Origin: Polyangiales bacterium
GTDB lineage: Bacteria; Myxococcota_A; Polyangia; Polyangiales; JADJQN01
Assembly (NCBI GenBank): GCA_964202905.1
Contig: CAXNJO010000004.1
Span: forward strand, 1-64,000
Direction: 5' to 3'
DNA length: 64,000 nt
Shown here: positions 20,747-30,766 of the stretch, piece after piece
Layout: every line of letters starts with the position of its first letter
Numbering within the stretch: position 1 is the stretch's first letter
Program-made: the position numbers and the translations under genes
The notes under the pieces: model-generated
Told to the model about the DNA's origin: nothing
Databases searched by the model: none
Seen by the model: the letters and a program-made list of their open reading frames with translations, nothing else

Positions 20747-23700
20747 CGTCCGAGCTCCCGCTCCTGCACCACGCGGTAGAGCCGCTCCAGCCCGCGGTCC
20801 TCGTCGCGGAGGAAGTCGCGCGTGGTCTCGAGGATGCGGCGGTGATCGGCGGCGTCGAGCGGACCGCCCGCGCCCGGTGAATGGCGATTCACTTCCGCGA
20901 TCACGTCGACGAGCGTCTCGAGGGGCGTCTCGGCCTCGCCGTCGTCGGGGAGCGACACGACGTTCGCGAGCACCGCGAGCAGCGCGCGCCGGTCGTCGAG
21001 CGCATCGACGCGGCGGATCAACGTGAGCGTGTCGTCGGTCGTCGAGCCGGACGTGTCGAGCGCCGCGCCGTCGTCGACCGCGGCGCGCGCGTTCGGAGCG
21101 AGCGCCGCCGCGAGCGCGCGCAGCAGCGGCGTGAGGTTGGCGTCGTCCTCGAGCACCTGGAGGAGGTCCGCGAGCGCGAGCAGCGTCGTGTCGAAGGCGT
21201 CGTTCGCGGAGCCCGCGTCGACGAGGTACGCGACGAGCCCGGCGATCGCGTCGCGGGCCTCGGGGTCGGCCTCGACGGCGCGCAGAAACGCGAGCGCGGC
21301 GCTGGTGGCGGCCGAGCCGAGCGAGGCCTCGGCGCGTGCGGTGAGCCCATCGGCCCAGGCGCCGAGATCACCCGCGGCGCGGTGCTCGGCGAGGCGCGCC
21401 CGCACGAACGGCACGAGCACGCGCAGGGCCGCGTGCGTGCGCCGGTTCGCGAGGCGCAGCGTCGCGCCCGTCGTCGGCCGCAGGAGCTGCTCGGCGAGCG
21501 CGGTGCGCCCGGTGCGCCAGCGCGTGAGCCGCGCCGGATCGCGCTCGAGCGCGCGGTCCATCGCGGCGAGCCCGTCGACGAGGAGATACAGCGGCGACAG
21601 GTAGCGGCGCGGCCGCCCGCCCGCGCCGTCGAAGCAGATCCCCGACGAGGTGCAGGGGTGGTCGCGCCCGCTGCGGGTGCGCAGCCCGCTGCCCGCCGCG
21701 CACGAGCCGCTGCACGAGCGCGTCGGGTCGACGAGGACGTTCGTCGCCGCGACGAGCGCATCGACGCCATCCGTGCCGGGTCGCAGCTCGGTCGTGTCGA
21801 GCACGCGGACCAGCGCGCCGAGCCGCGCCATCAGCGCCCCGCGCTCGAAGAGGTCGGCGACGACCGGCTCGTAGCTGCGCACGTCGTCCTGCTGCGAGAA
21901 CATGTCTGCGCGCGCGGCCGTTCGCTGTGAGGCTGCGTTCGTGCGCGTCGGCCAGTGCAGGAAGAGGTCGCGCATCAGCTCGCCGAAGTAGAAGCGGCCG
22001 CCCGGCGCGTCGTGATCGTCGAAGGCGCGCAGCAGCGGCGTGAGCGCGCCGAGGAAGCTCGCCTCGTGCCCGTTCACGAGGAAGGGTTTCTCCCAGCTCG
22101 CGACGACGCCCGCGTGGCGCGCGGCGATGGGCACGGTCTCGTCGTCCGCGTAGAGGCCGTCGCCGTTGCGGTCCCGCTTGAACGACGACGCGTCGAGGAG
22201 GCCCTCGATGAAGGGGTTCGCGGGGGCGAACACGAGGCGGCCGAGCGCCTGCGGCGTCGGGGACTCCGTGAGTCCGTCGATGCCCGACTGCCCCTCGAGC
22301 AGACCGTCGAGCGTGAGGATGCCGAGGCTCTGCGCGAGGCGCAGCAGGCCGTCGAGCGTGCGGTCCTTCAGCACGATGCGCGCGCGCCCGAGCACGGACT
22401 TCACGTACGTCTCGGCGACGTTGTCGATCTGGATGAGCTCGCACTCGCCGTAGCTGCCGAGGAGCGGCCAGCGGAGCAGCACGCCGCCCGAGGCGTTGTA
22501 GACGCGCAACACCGCGCCCGCCTTGTTGCAGACGCGCACGCCGTCGAGGTCCTGGATGACGGCGATCGAGCGCTGGAAGAGGCTCTCGTTGTCAACGGCG
22601 TCGGCGCGGGTCCAGTCGGTGCGGCGCGCGAGGGGGCCTGCGGGGAGCGGCGGCCCGTTCACGTCCGCCGGGTCGAACTCGACGCGATCGGCATACCGCA
22701 AGAAGGTTGCGGTGATCGGTCCGAGGTCCGCGCTCGCCGGCTCGGCGAACGAGCGCATGAGGGCCTCGAGCAGGCCCGGCGTCAGCGCCATGCCCTCCGT
22801 CGTCGCGAGCAGATCGTCCCAGAGGTCCGAGCGCGCATCGACGCGCGCGCGCGGGTTCGCGTCGCCGCTCTCCTGCGCGACCCAGATGGCGTCGATCAGC
22901 GCGGCGACCTCGGGCTCGTGATCGCGCAGCAGGCCGTCGACGAGGCCGAGCGCGTCGTCGAGCTCCGGGCGATCGAGCACCGTGCTGCCGGCGTGCAGCA
23001 CGTCGAAGAGCGCGCCCTCCCGCGTGTCCGGTCCGCGGAAGTCGAGGCGCGCCGCGCCGTACGTCTCGCTGCGATCGGTCTCGGGGCCGAGCAGCAGCGG
23101 CAGGCCGACCGCGAGATCGAGCGCGATGGGCGCCTCCGGCGCGAACCAGGGCGCGGCCTCGCGCGTGAGCCCGGCGAGCAGCGTGCGGCTCGCGTCGAAG
23201 GTGCGGAAGAGCGGCGCCCCATCGTCGCGCAGCGCGCGCCCCGCCGCGTCGCGCGTCGTCGTCGCCTCGCCGCGCACCGCGAAGGGCGTCGGCAGCGAGA
23301 GGAGCGCGCCGTCCGACGCGAGAAAGCGGCCGAGCCCATCGACGTCGGCGAGGCCGTCTCCGTCTGCGTCGCCGAAGGGCGCGGGCACGCCGCTGCCCGT
23401 CGACGCCGGCTGCGCGAAACCGCGTCCGTCGCGCGCGACGAGGTAGCGCGCGGGGCCTGCGCCGAACGCCGCGGCCTCGGCGAAGAGCAGATCGCGCGTG
23501 ATCGCGAGGGTGCCGCGCGTGCCGGATGCAGGCGGCGCATCGACGTGCGCGCTCGCCATCTCGAGCGCGACGACGCGCAGCAGCTGGTCCCACTCGCTGC
23601 CCGCGGCGCCGCCCGCGTCGATGGTCGCGAGCGCCTGACGCGCGAGCGCGTCGAAGCGCGGATACGCGAGCAGCGGCCGCGCGACGCCGAGCGCGAGCCG

Positions 23701-24210
23701 CAGGGGGCGATAGCCGCGCCGCTGACCGAGCCGCGCGAGCGCCTCGAGCGCCGCGTCGTCGGCCGCGATCGTCGTGAGCAGATCCGCGACCGCGCGCGTC
23801 TGCGCGGGCAGCACGTCGTCCGGCGGATCGTAGAGGGGCAGGATCTGCAGCAGGAAGCGCGAGAGATCGTCCTCGAGCGGCTCGGGGAGCGTGCGGTCGA
23901 GCGCATCGACGAGCCGCGGCCGCTGCGCGTCGAGCGCCGCGAGGCGGGGTGGCGTCGCGGCGTCCGCAGGCACGCGACCTTCGCAGAGCGGGCGCGAGCG
24001 GCGCGCGCTCACGTCCGTCGGGTCCTCGGTCGCCGCGATGCGGAGACAGACGACCTCGTAGATCTCTTCGCCGAGCGAGCCGCGCGCGGTGTCCGTGCGC
24101 GTGAGGTCGAGGTCCTCGGCGCAGCCCGACGTGAGCGCGCAGAGCGCGGCGAGCGTGAGCGCGTGGCAGGCGCGGAGGGCGTGCGAGCGGCCGCGGAGGG
24201 AGTGCGCCAC
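20743..24210 (-). CDS. Large (about 1155 aa) hypothetical lipoprotein
   Basis: Lipobox LTSG-C after GTG 24210 (alternative ATG 24264); DADGDGLAD and DRNGDGLY Ca-binding-like loops; long helical body. Confidence 0.75.
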   Translation of the reverse strand: MAHSLRGRSHALRACHALTLAALCALTSGCAEDLDLTRTDTARGSLGEEIYEVVCLRIAATEDPTDVSARRSRPLCEGRVPADAATPPRLAALDAQRPRLVDALDRTLPEPLEDDLSRFLLQILPLYDPPDDVLPAQTRAVADLLTTIAADDAALEALARLGQRRGYRPLRLALGVARPLLAYPRFDALARQALATIDAGGAAGSEWDQLLRVVALEMASAHVDAPPASGTRGTLAITRDLLFAEAAAFGAGPARYLVARDGRGFAQPASTGSGVPAPFGDADGDGLADVDGLGRFLASDGALLSLPTPFAVRGEATTTRDAAGRALRDDGAPLFRTFDASRTLLAGLTREAAPWFAPEAPIALDLAVGLPLLLGPETDRSETYGAARLDFRGPDTREGALFDVLHAGSTVLDRPELDDALGLVDGLLRDHEPEVAALIDAIWVAQESGDANPRARVDARSDLWDDLLATTEGMALTPGLLEALMRSFAEPASADLGPITATFLRYADRVEFDPADVNGPPLPAGPLARRTDWTRADAVDNESLFQRSIAVIQDLDGVRVCNKAGAVLRVYNASGGVLLRWPLLGSYGECELIQIDNVAETYVKSVLGRARIVLKDRTLDGLLRLAQSLGILTLDGLLEGQSGIDGLTESPTPQALGRLVFAPANPFIEGLLDASSFKRDRNGDGLYADDETVPIAARHAGVVASWEKPFLVNGHEASFLGALTPLLRAFDDHDAPGGRFYFGELMRDLFLHWPTRTNAASQRTAARADMFSQQDDVRSYEPVVADLFERGALMARLGALVRVLDTTELRPGTDGVDALVAATNVLVDPTRSCSGSCAAGSGLRTRSGRDHPCTSSGICFDGAGGRPRRYLSPLYLLVDGLAAMDRALERDPARLTRWRTGRTALAEQLLRPTTGATLRLANRRTHAALRVLVPFVRARLAEHRAAGDLGAWADGLTARAEASLGSAATSAALAFLRAVEADPEARDAIAGLVAYLVDAGSANDAFDTTLLALADLLQVLEDDANLTPLLRALAAALAPNARAAVDDGAALDTSGSTTDDTLTLIRRVDALDDRRALLAVLANVVSLPDDGEAETPLETLVDVIAEVNRHSPGAGGPLDAADHRRILETTRDFLRDEDRGLERLYRVVQERELGR

Positions 24211-24363
24211 GGCTTGCGACGTTACGCGCCCGAGACGCTCCGCCTCAAGCACCGAGCGGTCCATCGTCGTGACGCGACGCGTCATGCGCGCCGCGCGCGA
24301 TCGCGCTCGGACGCCGACGCGACGGGGCGCGTTGCGCGCCGGACAACTGATAACGTCGCGCGC

Positions 24364-25482
24364 GTGACTCCCGCCGAGCGCGGCCGCGATCGGGGCATCG
24401 ACGTGGCCCGCGGGCTCGCGGTGCTGCTGATGTTCCAGACGCACGCGTACGACGCGTACGTCGCCACGGCCGCGCGCGGCACCACCGGCTTCCGCGTGAC
24501 GCGGGAGCTCGGCGCTGCCCCCGCGCCGTCGTTCTTGCTGCTCGCGGGCATCGGCGTGGCGCTCGGCGAGCTCGCGATGGCGCGGGCGGGCGCGAGCGCG
24601 GCGGCCATCCGCGCGCGCTTCGTGCGGCGCGGCCTCGAGGTCGCCGCGACGGGCTACCTGGTGAGCGCGGTCTACGCGGCGATCGATCGCAGCGCGGCCC
24701 CGGAGACGCTGCTGCGCGCCGACATCCTGCACGCGATCGGGCTCGGCATCGCGCTCGTCGCGGCGCTGTTGGTCGGGCGCTCGGGGCGCGTCGGCGTGGC
24801 GCTCGCTCTCGCGCTCGTCGTCGGCACGCTCGCGGTGCCCATCGCGCTCGGCGACGTCGTCCAGCGCACGCTTCCCGCCGGCGCGGGGTGGGCCGGCGCG
24901 CCGCTGCGGGCGCCGCTCGCGCTCTTCGTCGACGTGCCGGGCTACACGCGTTTCCCGCTGCTGCCGCTCGTCGGCTTCACCGCGCTCGGCGTGCTCGTCG
25001 GCCGCGGGCTCGCAGCGCTCGCGGCGCCCGTCCGTGCGGGGCCGGCCCTCGTCGCCCTCGCGCTCTGTGTTGCGGGTGCGGGCCTCGCAGCCGTCGCGAC
25101 GCGCGCCCTCGTCGACGCGCTCGCGATGGGTCCGCTCAGCCGCGCACACCCCGCGGTGGTGCTCAACGTCGTGGACGGGACGCTGCGCGCCGGCGCCGTG
25201 CTCGCGCTCGGGACGCTCCTCGCCGCCCTCGCGCCGGCCGCGTGGCTCGCGCCATTCGAGCGCCTCGGGCGCGGCTCGCTGCTCGCGTACGCGCTGCACA
25301 TCCCGGGCTGTTATGGGGCCCTCGCGCGCCCGCTCGCGCGACGCTTCGACCTCGGCATGGCGACGCTCGTGCTCGCCGCGCTGGCCTGCGCGACGTACCT
25401 CGCGGTCTGGGGGCGCGACGCGGCGCGCGCGTGGTGGCGTGCGCGGCGTGCCCCGAGGGCGCGTGCTAAGGGCGCCGCGTGA
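24364..25482 (+). CDS. DUF1624/HGSNAT-like membrane acyltransferase
   Basis: GIDVARGLAVLLMFQTH, APSFLLLAG, DILHAIG, FPLLP; multi-pass; start GTG 24364. Confidence 0.75.
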   Translation: MTPAERGRDRGIDVARGLAVLLMFQTHAYDAYVATAARGTTGFRVTRELGAAPAPSFLLLAGIGVALGELAMARAGASAAAIRARFVRRGLEVAATGYLVSAVYAAIDRSAAPETLLRADILHAIGLGIALVAALLVGRSGRVGVALALALVVGTLAVPIALGDVVQRTLPAGAGWAGAPLRAPLALFVDVPGYTRFPLLPLVGFTALGVLVGRGLAALAAPVRAGPALVALALCVAGAGLAAVATRALVDALAMGPLSRAHPAVVLNVVDGTLRAGAVLALGTLLAALAPAAWLAPFERLGRGSLLAYALHIPGCYGALARPLARRFDLGMATLVLAALACATYLAVWGRDAARAWWRARRAPRARAKGAA

Positions 25483-26504
25483 CCGAGGTCGACAGCGCCA
25501 CCTGGACGGTGCGCCGCATCGTCGCGTGGATGGCGCAGGACTTCGCCGCGCGCGGGGTCGAGACGGCGCGTCTCGACGCGGACCTGCTCGTCGCGCACGC
25601 GCTCGGCCTCGATCGCGTCGGTCTCTTCCTCGGGCTCGATCGCGAGCTCGAGCCCGCGGAGCTCGCGCAGATCCGCGCGCTCGTCACGCGTCGCCGCGCC
25701 AGCGAGCCCGTCGCGTACATCCTCGGCCGCAAGGAGTTCTACGGCCGCACTTACGCCGTCTCGCCCGCGGTGCTCGTGCCGCGCCCCGACACCGAGACGC
25801 TCGTCGAGCGCGCGCTCGCGCTGCTGCCTGCGTCCGCCGACGCGCACGTGCTCGACCTCTGCACGGGCTCGGGCGCCATCGCCGTCGCGCTCGCGGCCGA
25901 GCGCCCCGCGTTCCGCGTGGACGCGACGGATCTCTCCGCGGAGGCGCTCGCGGTCGCGCGGCGCAACGTCGCTGCGCACGGCCTCGAGGCGCGCGTCGCG
26001 CTCTGGGAGGGCGACCTCTTCGGCGCGCTGCCGGAGCCGCGTCGCTACGCGCTCGTGTGCGCGAACCCGCCCTACATCCCCACGGGCGACGCGCGCAGCC
26101 TCCCGCGGGACGTCGTCGCGCACGAGCCGCACCTCGCGCTCTTCGGTGGGGCCGACGGCCTCGACGTCGTGCGGCGCCTCGTCGCGGAGGCGCCGGCGTG
26201 GCTCGCGCCGGGCGGGACGCTGCTCGTCGAGCTCGGTGCGGGGCAGGGCGAGCACGCGCTCGCGCTCGTGCGGGCCGATGCGCGCTACGCGGCGGCGCGG
26301 ACGCTGCCGGATCTCGCGGGCATCGCGCGCGTGCTCGAGGCGCGCAGCGCGGGCGGTGCGGCCAGGCGTCCCGCTTCGGAGGGGCGCGTCGTCGTGCTCG
26401 ACGTCTCGCCGCTCGTCGACGTGGACGCGGTGGTCGGCGAGCGCGTCGTCGTGGCCGAGCCGGAGCCGTCGCGCGTCGAGGACGAGCCCGACGCGCCTCG
26501 CTGA
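25479..26504 (+). CDS. prmC: Peptide chain release factor N5-glutamine methyltransferase
   Basis: EPVAYILG, VLVPRPDTETLV, LDLCTGSGAIA, NPPYI, EPHLALFGG. Confidence 0.93.
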   Translation: MTEVDSATWTVRRIVAWMAQDFAARGVETARLDADLLVAHALGLDRVGLFLGLDRELEPAELAQIRALVTRRRASEPVAYILGRKEFYGRTYAVSPAVLVPRPDTETLVERALALLPASADAHVLDLCTGSGAIAVALAAERPAFRVDATDLSAEALAVARRNVAAHGLEARVALWEGDLFGALPEPRRYALVCANPPYIPTGDARSLPRDVVAHEPHLALFGGADGLDVVRRLVAEAPAWLAPGGTLLVELGAGQGEHALALVRADARYAAARTLPDLAGIARVLEARSAGGAARRPASEGRVVVLDVSPLVDVDAVVGERVVVAEPEPSRVEDEPDAPR

Positions 26505-26673
26505 GCGGTCTCGGCGTTCCTGACGCGCGCGTCAGCGCGATGCCGATCGCCCTGATCGCGCGGTCACGAGTCCGTGCGCGCCGTGGAGCCTCTCCGACCG
26601 ATGGCGCGGGGCGCTGCGACGACGGCTGCGCTGGGGCTGGCGGGGAGGTCGGCGAGGCCGTCGACGCCGGGGT

Positions 26674-28725
26674 CTACGCGGCGGCCTGCGCGGGCGGGCG
26701 CGCCCCGCGGAAGCGCAGGGCGCCTTCGGCGAGCGCGAGCAGGCCGACCAGCAGGAACAGCCACGGCGCCAGCGGGCGACGCGTGCGCGCCGAGGCCGCT
26801 TTGCGGGTGTCGCGCGGCATGCCACCCGTCGCGCCCGGCCCGGGGCGGAGGTCGCTCTCGTCCGCGGGGGACGCGACGACGAACGCGAGGCGCGGCGCGT
26901 CGCGCAGGACGCCGCCCTCGTCGGCGACCTCCACGCGGTAGGCGCCCGGCAGCGTCGTGCTCCGGAGCGGCGCGGCGCGGCCCTCGCGGAAGGTCTCGCG
27001 CTCGCCCGACGGATCGGTCACGACCAGCCGCGTCGCGCCGGGCGGGAGCGGCAGCGTGATCGGGTCGCCGGGTGAGACGACCTGCGCCGGCGCACGCGTG
27101 ACGGGGCCGACGCCGCGGGCGAGCCGTGCCACGAGCGGGAGAAAACCCGGGTGCAGCGGCAGGTCCGACCAGCTCTCGTCGAGCGGCACCGCGAGCAGCG
27201 CCACGCGCCCCGAGCCTGCGGTGCCGACGACGAGCGCCGGCGCACCGTCCGCGAAGCGCAGCGCCGCGACCGCGTCGCGCCGTGGCGTCTCGAGCAGCAG
27301 GCGCCGCGTGACGCGGACGTCGGCGAGTCCGGTCGCGTCGCGCAACGGCGCGGCGGGCGCCGTGTCCGGCAGGGAGTCGCCGGGGCGCAAGCCCGGCGGG
27401 AGCGCGGTGCCCGAGGCCTCGCTCGCGCGCGCCGGGAGCACGGGGCCGAGCGCTGCGTCGAGCGCCCGCGCGTCGAGTGGGTCGCCGGCGGCGAGGACGA
27501 GCCCGCCGCCGCGCTCGACGAAGCGGCGCAGCGCGGCCGCGAGCTCCGCGCCCGGCGCGGGCATCCCCGCGAGCAGCACGGTGTCGAAGGCGCTGAGCGC
27601 CACGGTCGGCAGCGTGTCCGCGTCGACGCGCCGCACGGCGATGGCGCCCTCGCGCTCCGGCACGAGCGCGAGCGCCTGCGCGGCTGCGCGCGTCGCGTCG
27701 TCGTCGCCCGCCAGCAGCACGCGGAGCGCACCCGGGGGACGCAGCAGCACGCCGCGCGCGTCGTCTCCCGCGAGCGCGTCGCGCCCCTCGATCACGACGC
27801 GCGCCGTGGGGTCGTCCTGCGGGCCGGCGAGCGGCCCTTCGAGGCTCACGCTCGCGGTGTCGCCTTGGAAACGCGCCTCCCCGCGCGCGACCACGCGCCC
27901 GCGCTGCTCGAGGCGCACGGCGACCGGCGCCGTCGGCGCACCGCCGCTCGCGCGCAAGGTGACGAGCACCGTGGCGCGCCCCGCGGCAGTCGCCTCGGGG
28001 ACGACGACCGTCTCCGCGACGCTGCGATTCACGGGTGCGCGCGCGTCGGGCGCCGGCCCGAAGCGCTCGATCTCGAGGGACATCCCCGGCGGGGCCTCGA
28101 GCTGTTCGGCCCGCGCGTGCGCCGCACCGTCGCTCAGCACGAGGATGCGTCGCGCCTCGAGCGGGCTCCCCGCGAGCTCGCGGAGGGCGAGGGCGACCGC
28201 GGCGGATAGCGCGGTGCCGCGCGTCGGCGCGGCGGCTGCGAGCGCGTCGAGGCGCGGCCCGAGCGCGGCGGGATCCCCCGAGCGCGGCGCGATCACGCGC
28301 GGCGCCGCGCCGCCGGCGATGAGACATGCCTCCGATCCGGCGGGCAGTGCGCGGACGACCTCGCGTGCGCGGGCGAGGGCGCGCGCGAAGGGCGTCGCGC
28401 CGCCGCCGGGATCACGCGCCATCGAGAGCGAATCGTCGAGGATGATCGCGACGCTCGCGCGTGTTCCGTCGCCCCAGGCGAGCTTCACCTCGCGGTACGG
28501 CCCCGCGAGCCCGAGCGCGAGCGCGAGGATCATCGCGACGCGCGCGACGAGCAGCAGCACATCCACCAGGCGCGTACGACGACGGCTCGCCACCTGGGCG
28601 CGCCGGAGCAGCGCGATCGTGGGCAGCGCGACGCGCGGCAGGTCGTGTCGCCGCGCGAGGTGCGCGACGACCGGCGCCGCCGCGAGCAGCGCGCCGAGCA
28701 GCGCCCAGGGGGCCTCTAGGCCCAT
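26674..28725 (-). CDS. BatA N-terminal domain + vWA domain membrane protein
   Basis: PVVAHL...LLLVARVAMILALALGLAGP, MIDAS DDSLS, LSDG, WSDLPLHPGF, C-terminal ESDL + TM helix. Confidence 0.8.
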   Translation of the reverse strand: MGLEAPWALLGALLAAAPVVAHLARRHDLPRVALPTIALLRRAQVASRRRTRLVDVLLLVARVAMILALALGLAGPYREVKLAWGDGTRASVAIILDDSLSMARDPGGGATPFARALARAREVVRALPAGSEACLIAGGAAPRVIAPRSGDPAALGPRLDALAAAAPTRGTALSAAVALALRELAGSPLEARRILVLSDGAAHARAEQLEAPPGMSLEIERFGPAPDARAPVNRSVAETVVVPEATAAGRATVLVTLRASGGAPTAPVAVRLEQRGRVVARGEARFQGDTASVSLEGPLAGPQDDPTARVVIEGRDALAGDDARGVLLRPPGALRVLLAGDDDATRAAAQALALVPEREGAIAVRRVDADTLPTVALSAFDTVLLAGMPAPGAELAAALRRFVERGGGLVLAAGDPLDARALDAALGPVLPARASEASGTALPPGLRPGDSLPDTAPAAPLRDATGLADVRVTRRLLLETPRRDAVAALRFADGAPALVVGTAGSGRVALLAVPLDESWSDLPLHPGFLPLVARLARGVGPVTRAPAQVVSPGDPITLPLPPGATRLVVTDPSGERETFREGRAAPLRSTTLPGAYRVEVADEGGVLRDAPRLAFVVASPADESDLRPGPGATGGMPRDTRKAASARTRRPLAPWLFLLVGLLALAEGALRFRGARPPAQAAA

Positions 28726-29645
28726 CCCCGTCGTCCCCGCGCGGTGAGCAACTCAGCGAGCGTGCGCTCCGGCGGCACGTCGGTGCGTGCGAGCACGTAG
28801 CGCGCCCCCGCCGCGGTGCAGCGTGCGCGGCATTCCTCGAGAAATTGCCTGATTTCGAGGGTGTACGCCCCGCGCAGCGCAGCGGGATCCGTCTCGAGCG
28901 TGGCCTCTCCCTCGAGCCCTTCGAAGCGCGTCGGCTCGTCGAAGGGCAGCGAGAGTTCGTCGGGGTGGAGCACGTGGAAGACCACCACGTCGTGGCCCCG
29001 CGCGACGAGCTGCGCGAGGGGGGCGAGCGCGCCTTCGCGCAGATCGAGCAGGTCGCTCGCGACGGCGACGAAGCCGCGTCGGCCTGCGCGCTCGGCGACG
29101 GATCCGAGGGCACCCGCGAGGTCCGTGGTCGCGCCCTCGGCGGGGGGCTCGGCGAGTGCGGTCGCGATCGCCTCGACCTGTGCGGGCCTGCCGCGCGCGG
29201 GCAACGGGGGCGCGAGCACATCGGCGAACGTCGCGGCGCCCGCGAGGTCGCCCTGCCGCACGAGCACGTAGCCGAGTGCCGCGAGCAGCGTCGCGGCGTG
29301 TCGCGCCTTCGTGTGCGCGCCGGGGATCGTCGGGTAGGCCATCGAGCCGCTGCGGTCGAGCACGAGCGTGCCGCGCAGCTGCGTCTCCTGCTCGAAGCGC
29401 TTGATCATGTGGCGATCGGTGCGGGCGTAGGCGCGCCAATCGAGCAGCCGCAGATCGTCGCCGGGCCGGTACTCGCGGTGCTCGACGAACACCACGCTCG
29501 CGCCGCGGTGCGGGCTCTTGTGCAGGCCGCTCGCGAGGCCTTCGGCGGCGCGTCGCGCAGCGAGCAGGAGCGTCGAGACGCGGCGCGCGACCTCGGGGTC
29601 GAGCGCGCCGCGGGCCGCGCTCCGGTCGCCCGCGTCCTGACTCAC
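28716..29645 (-). CDS. DUF58 domain protein (vWA-like, MoxR-associated)
   Basis: [42 protein letters not shown]. Confidence 0.9.
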   Translation of the reverse strand: MSQDAGDRSAARGALDPEVARRVSTLLLAARRAAEGLASGLHKSPHRGASVVFVEHREYRPGDDLRLLDWRAYARTDRHMIKRFEQETQLRGTLVLDRSGSMAYPTIPGAHTKARHAATLLAALGYVLVRQGDLAGAATFADVLAPPLPARGRPAQVEAIATALAEPPAEGATTDLAGALGSVAERAGRRGFVAVASDLLDLREGALAPLAQLVARGHDVVVFHVLHPDELSLPFDEPTRFEGLEGEATLETDPAALRGAYTLEIRQFLEECRARCTAAGARYVLARTDVPPERTLAELLTARGRRGWA

Positions 29646-30726
29646 GGGCGGATCTCGCGCAGCACCGCGTCGACGACGGCCGGCGCACGCACCCCCTCCG
29701 CCTCGGCGCGGAAGCTCGGCACGAGCCGGTGCCGGAGCACGTACGGCGCGAGCGCGCGCACGTCCTCGACCTCCGCCGCGAAGCGCCCGTCGAGCACCGC
29801 CCGCGCCTTGGCGCCGAGCACGAGCGCCTGGCTCGCGCGCGGGCCGGCGCCGAAGCCGACGTACTGGCGCACGAGCTCGGGGGCGCTGGGTTCCGCGGGG
29901 CGCGTGGCGCGCGCGAGCGCGACCGCGTGGGCCAGCACGTGCGGCGCGACGGGCACACGCGGGACGAGCTCCTGCATCGCGAGGATCTCTGCGCGCGCGA
30001 GGACGGGCGCGGGGGTGTCGAGGCTCGGCGCGGTGGTGCGGCGCACGATCTCGATCTCGTCTGCCTCGCTCGGGTAGTCGACGTCGATCTGCAAGAGGAA
30101 GCGATCGAGCTGCGCCTCGGGGAGCGGGTAGGTGCCCTCCTGCTCGATGGGGTTCTGCGTTGCGAAGACGAGGAAGGGCGCCTCGAGCGGGTAGGTGCGA
30201 CGCGCGCGGTCGATGCGGCTTCGCCCATCGCCTGCAGCAGCGCGGCCTGCGTCTTCGGTGGCGTCCGGTTGATCTCGTCCGCGAGCAGCACGTGCGCGAA
30301 CACCGGCCCGGGCGAGAAGCGGAAGCTCCGCTGGCCGCTCGCCGGATCCTCCTCGAGCACGTCGGTGCCCGTGATGTCCGCGGGCATCAGATCCGGCGTG
30401 AACTGGATGCGATTCGAGCGAAGCGAGAGCGCCTCGCCGAGCGTCGTGATGAGCAGCGTCTTGGCGAGACCCGGGACGCCGACGAAGAGCCCGTGCCCGC
30501 GCGCGAAGAGCGAGACGAGCAGCAGATCGACGACGTCCTCCTGCCCGATGACGCGCTTGCGGACCTCCGCGAGGATCCGCGCCCGCGCGAGGCCGAGGGC
30601 CGAGACGCGCTCGACGTCGCTCATGGGCGGCGCGCCATTCACGCCGTCTGCAAGGGAGGGAGAGGCGGACTCGGGGTCGACGGGGCTCGTCATCGCGGGA
30701 GACTGCGAGACTAGCGCCATTCCCAT
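29642..30726 (-). pseudogene. moxR: MoxR family AAA+ ATPase, frameshifted near 30200-30222 (pseudogene or assembly error; alternative start 30624)
   Basis: 5' frame: [38 protein letters not shown]. 3' frame: [33 protein letters not shown]. The span is not a multiple of 3. Confidence 0.85.
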
Positions 30727-30766
30727 GCGGGTGCGCGGGGTTCGCCGTGCGTGGCTGCGACTCGGC

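Noticed and set aside
21955..24363. Long N-terminal extension of the 1175-aa ORF 21955..25482
   Set aside because: Antisense to the large lipoprotein; only the part from GTG 24364 has acyltransferase motifs.
24265..25299. N-terminal extension of the 1518-aa ORF 20743..25299
   Set aside because: Antisense to the acyltransferase; the lipobox places the real start at about 24210-24264.
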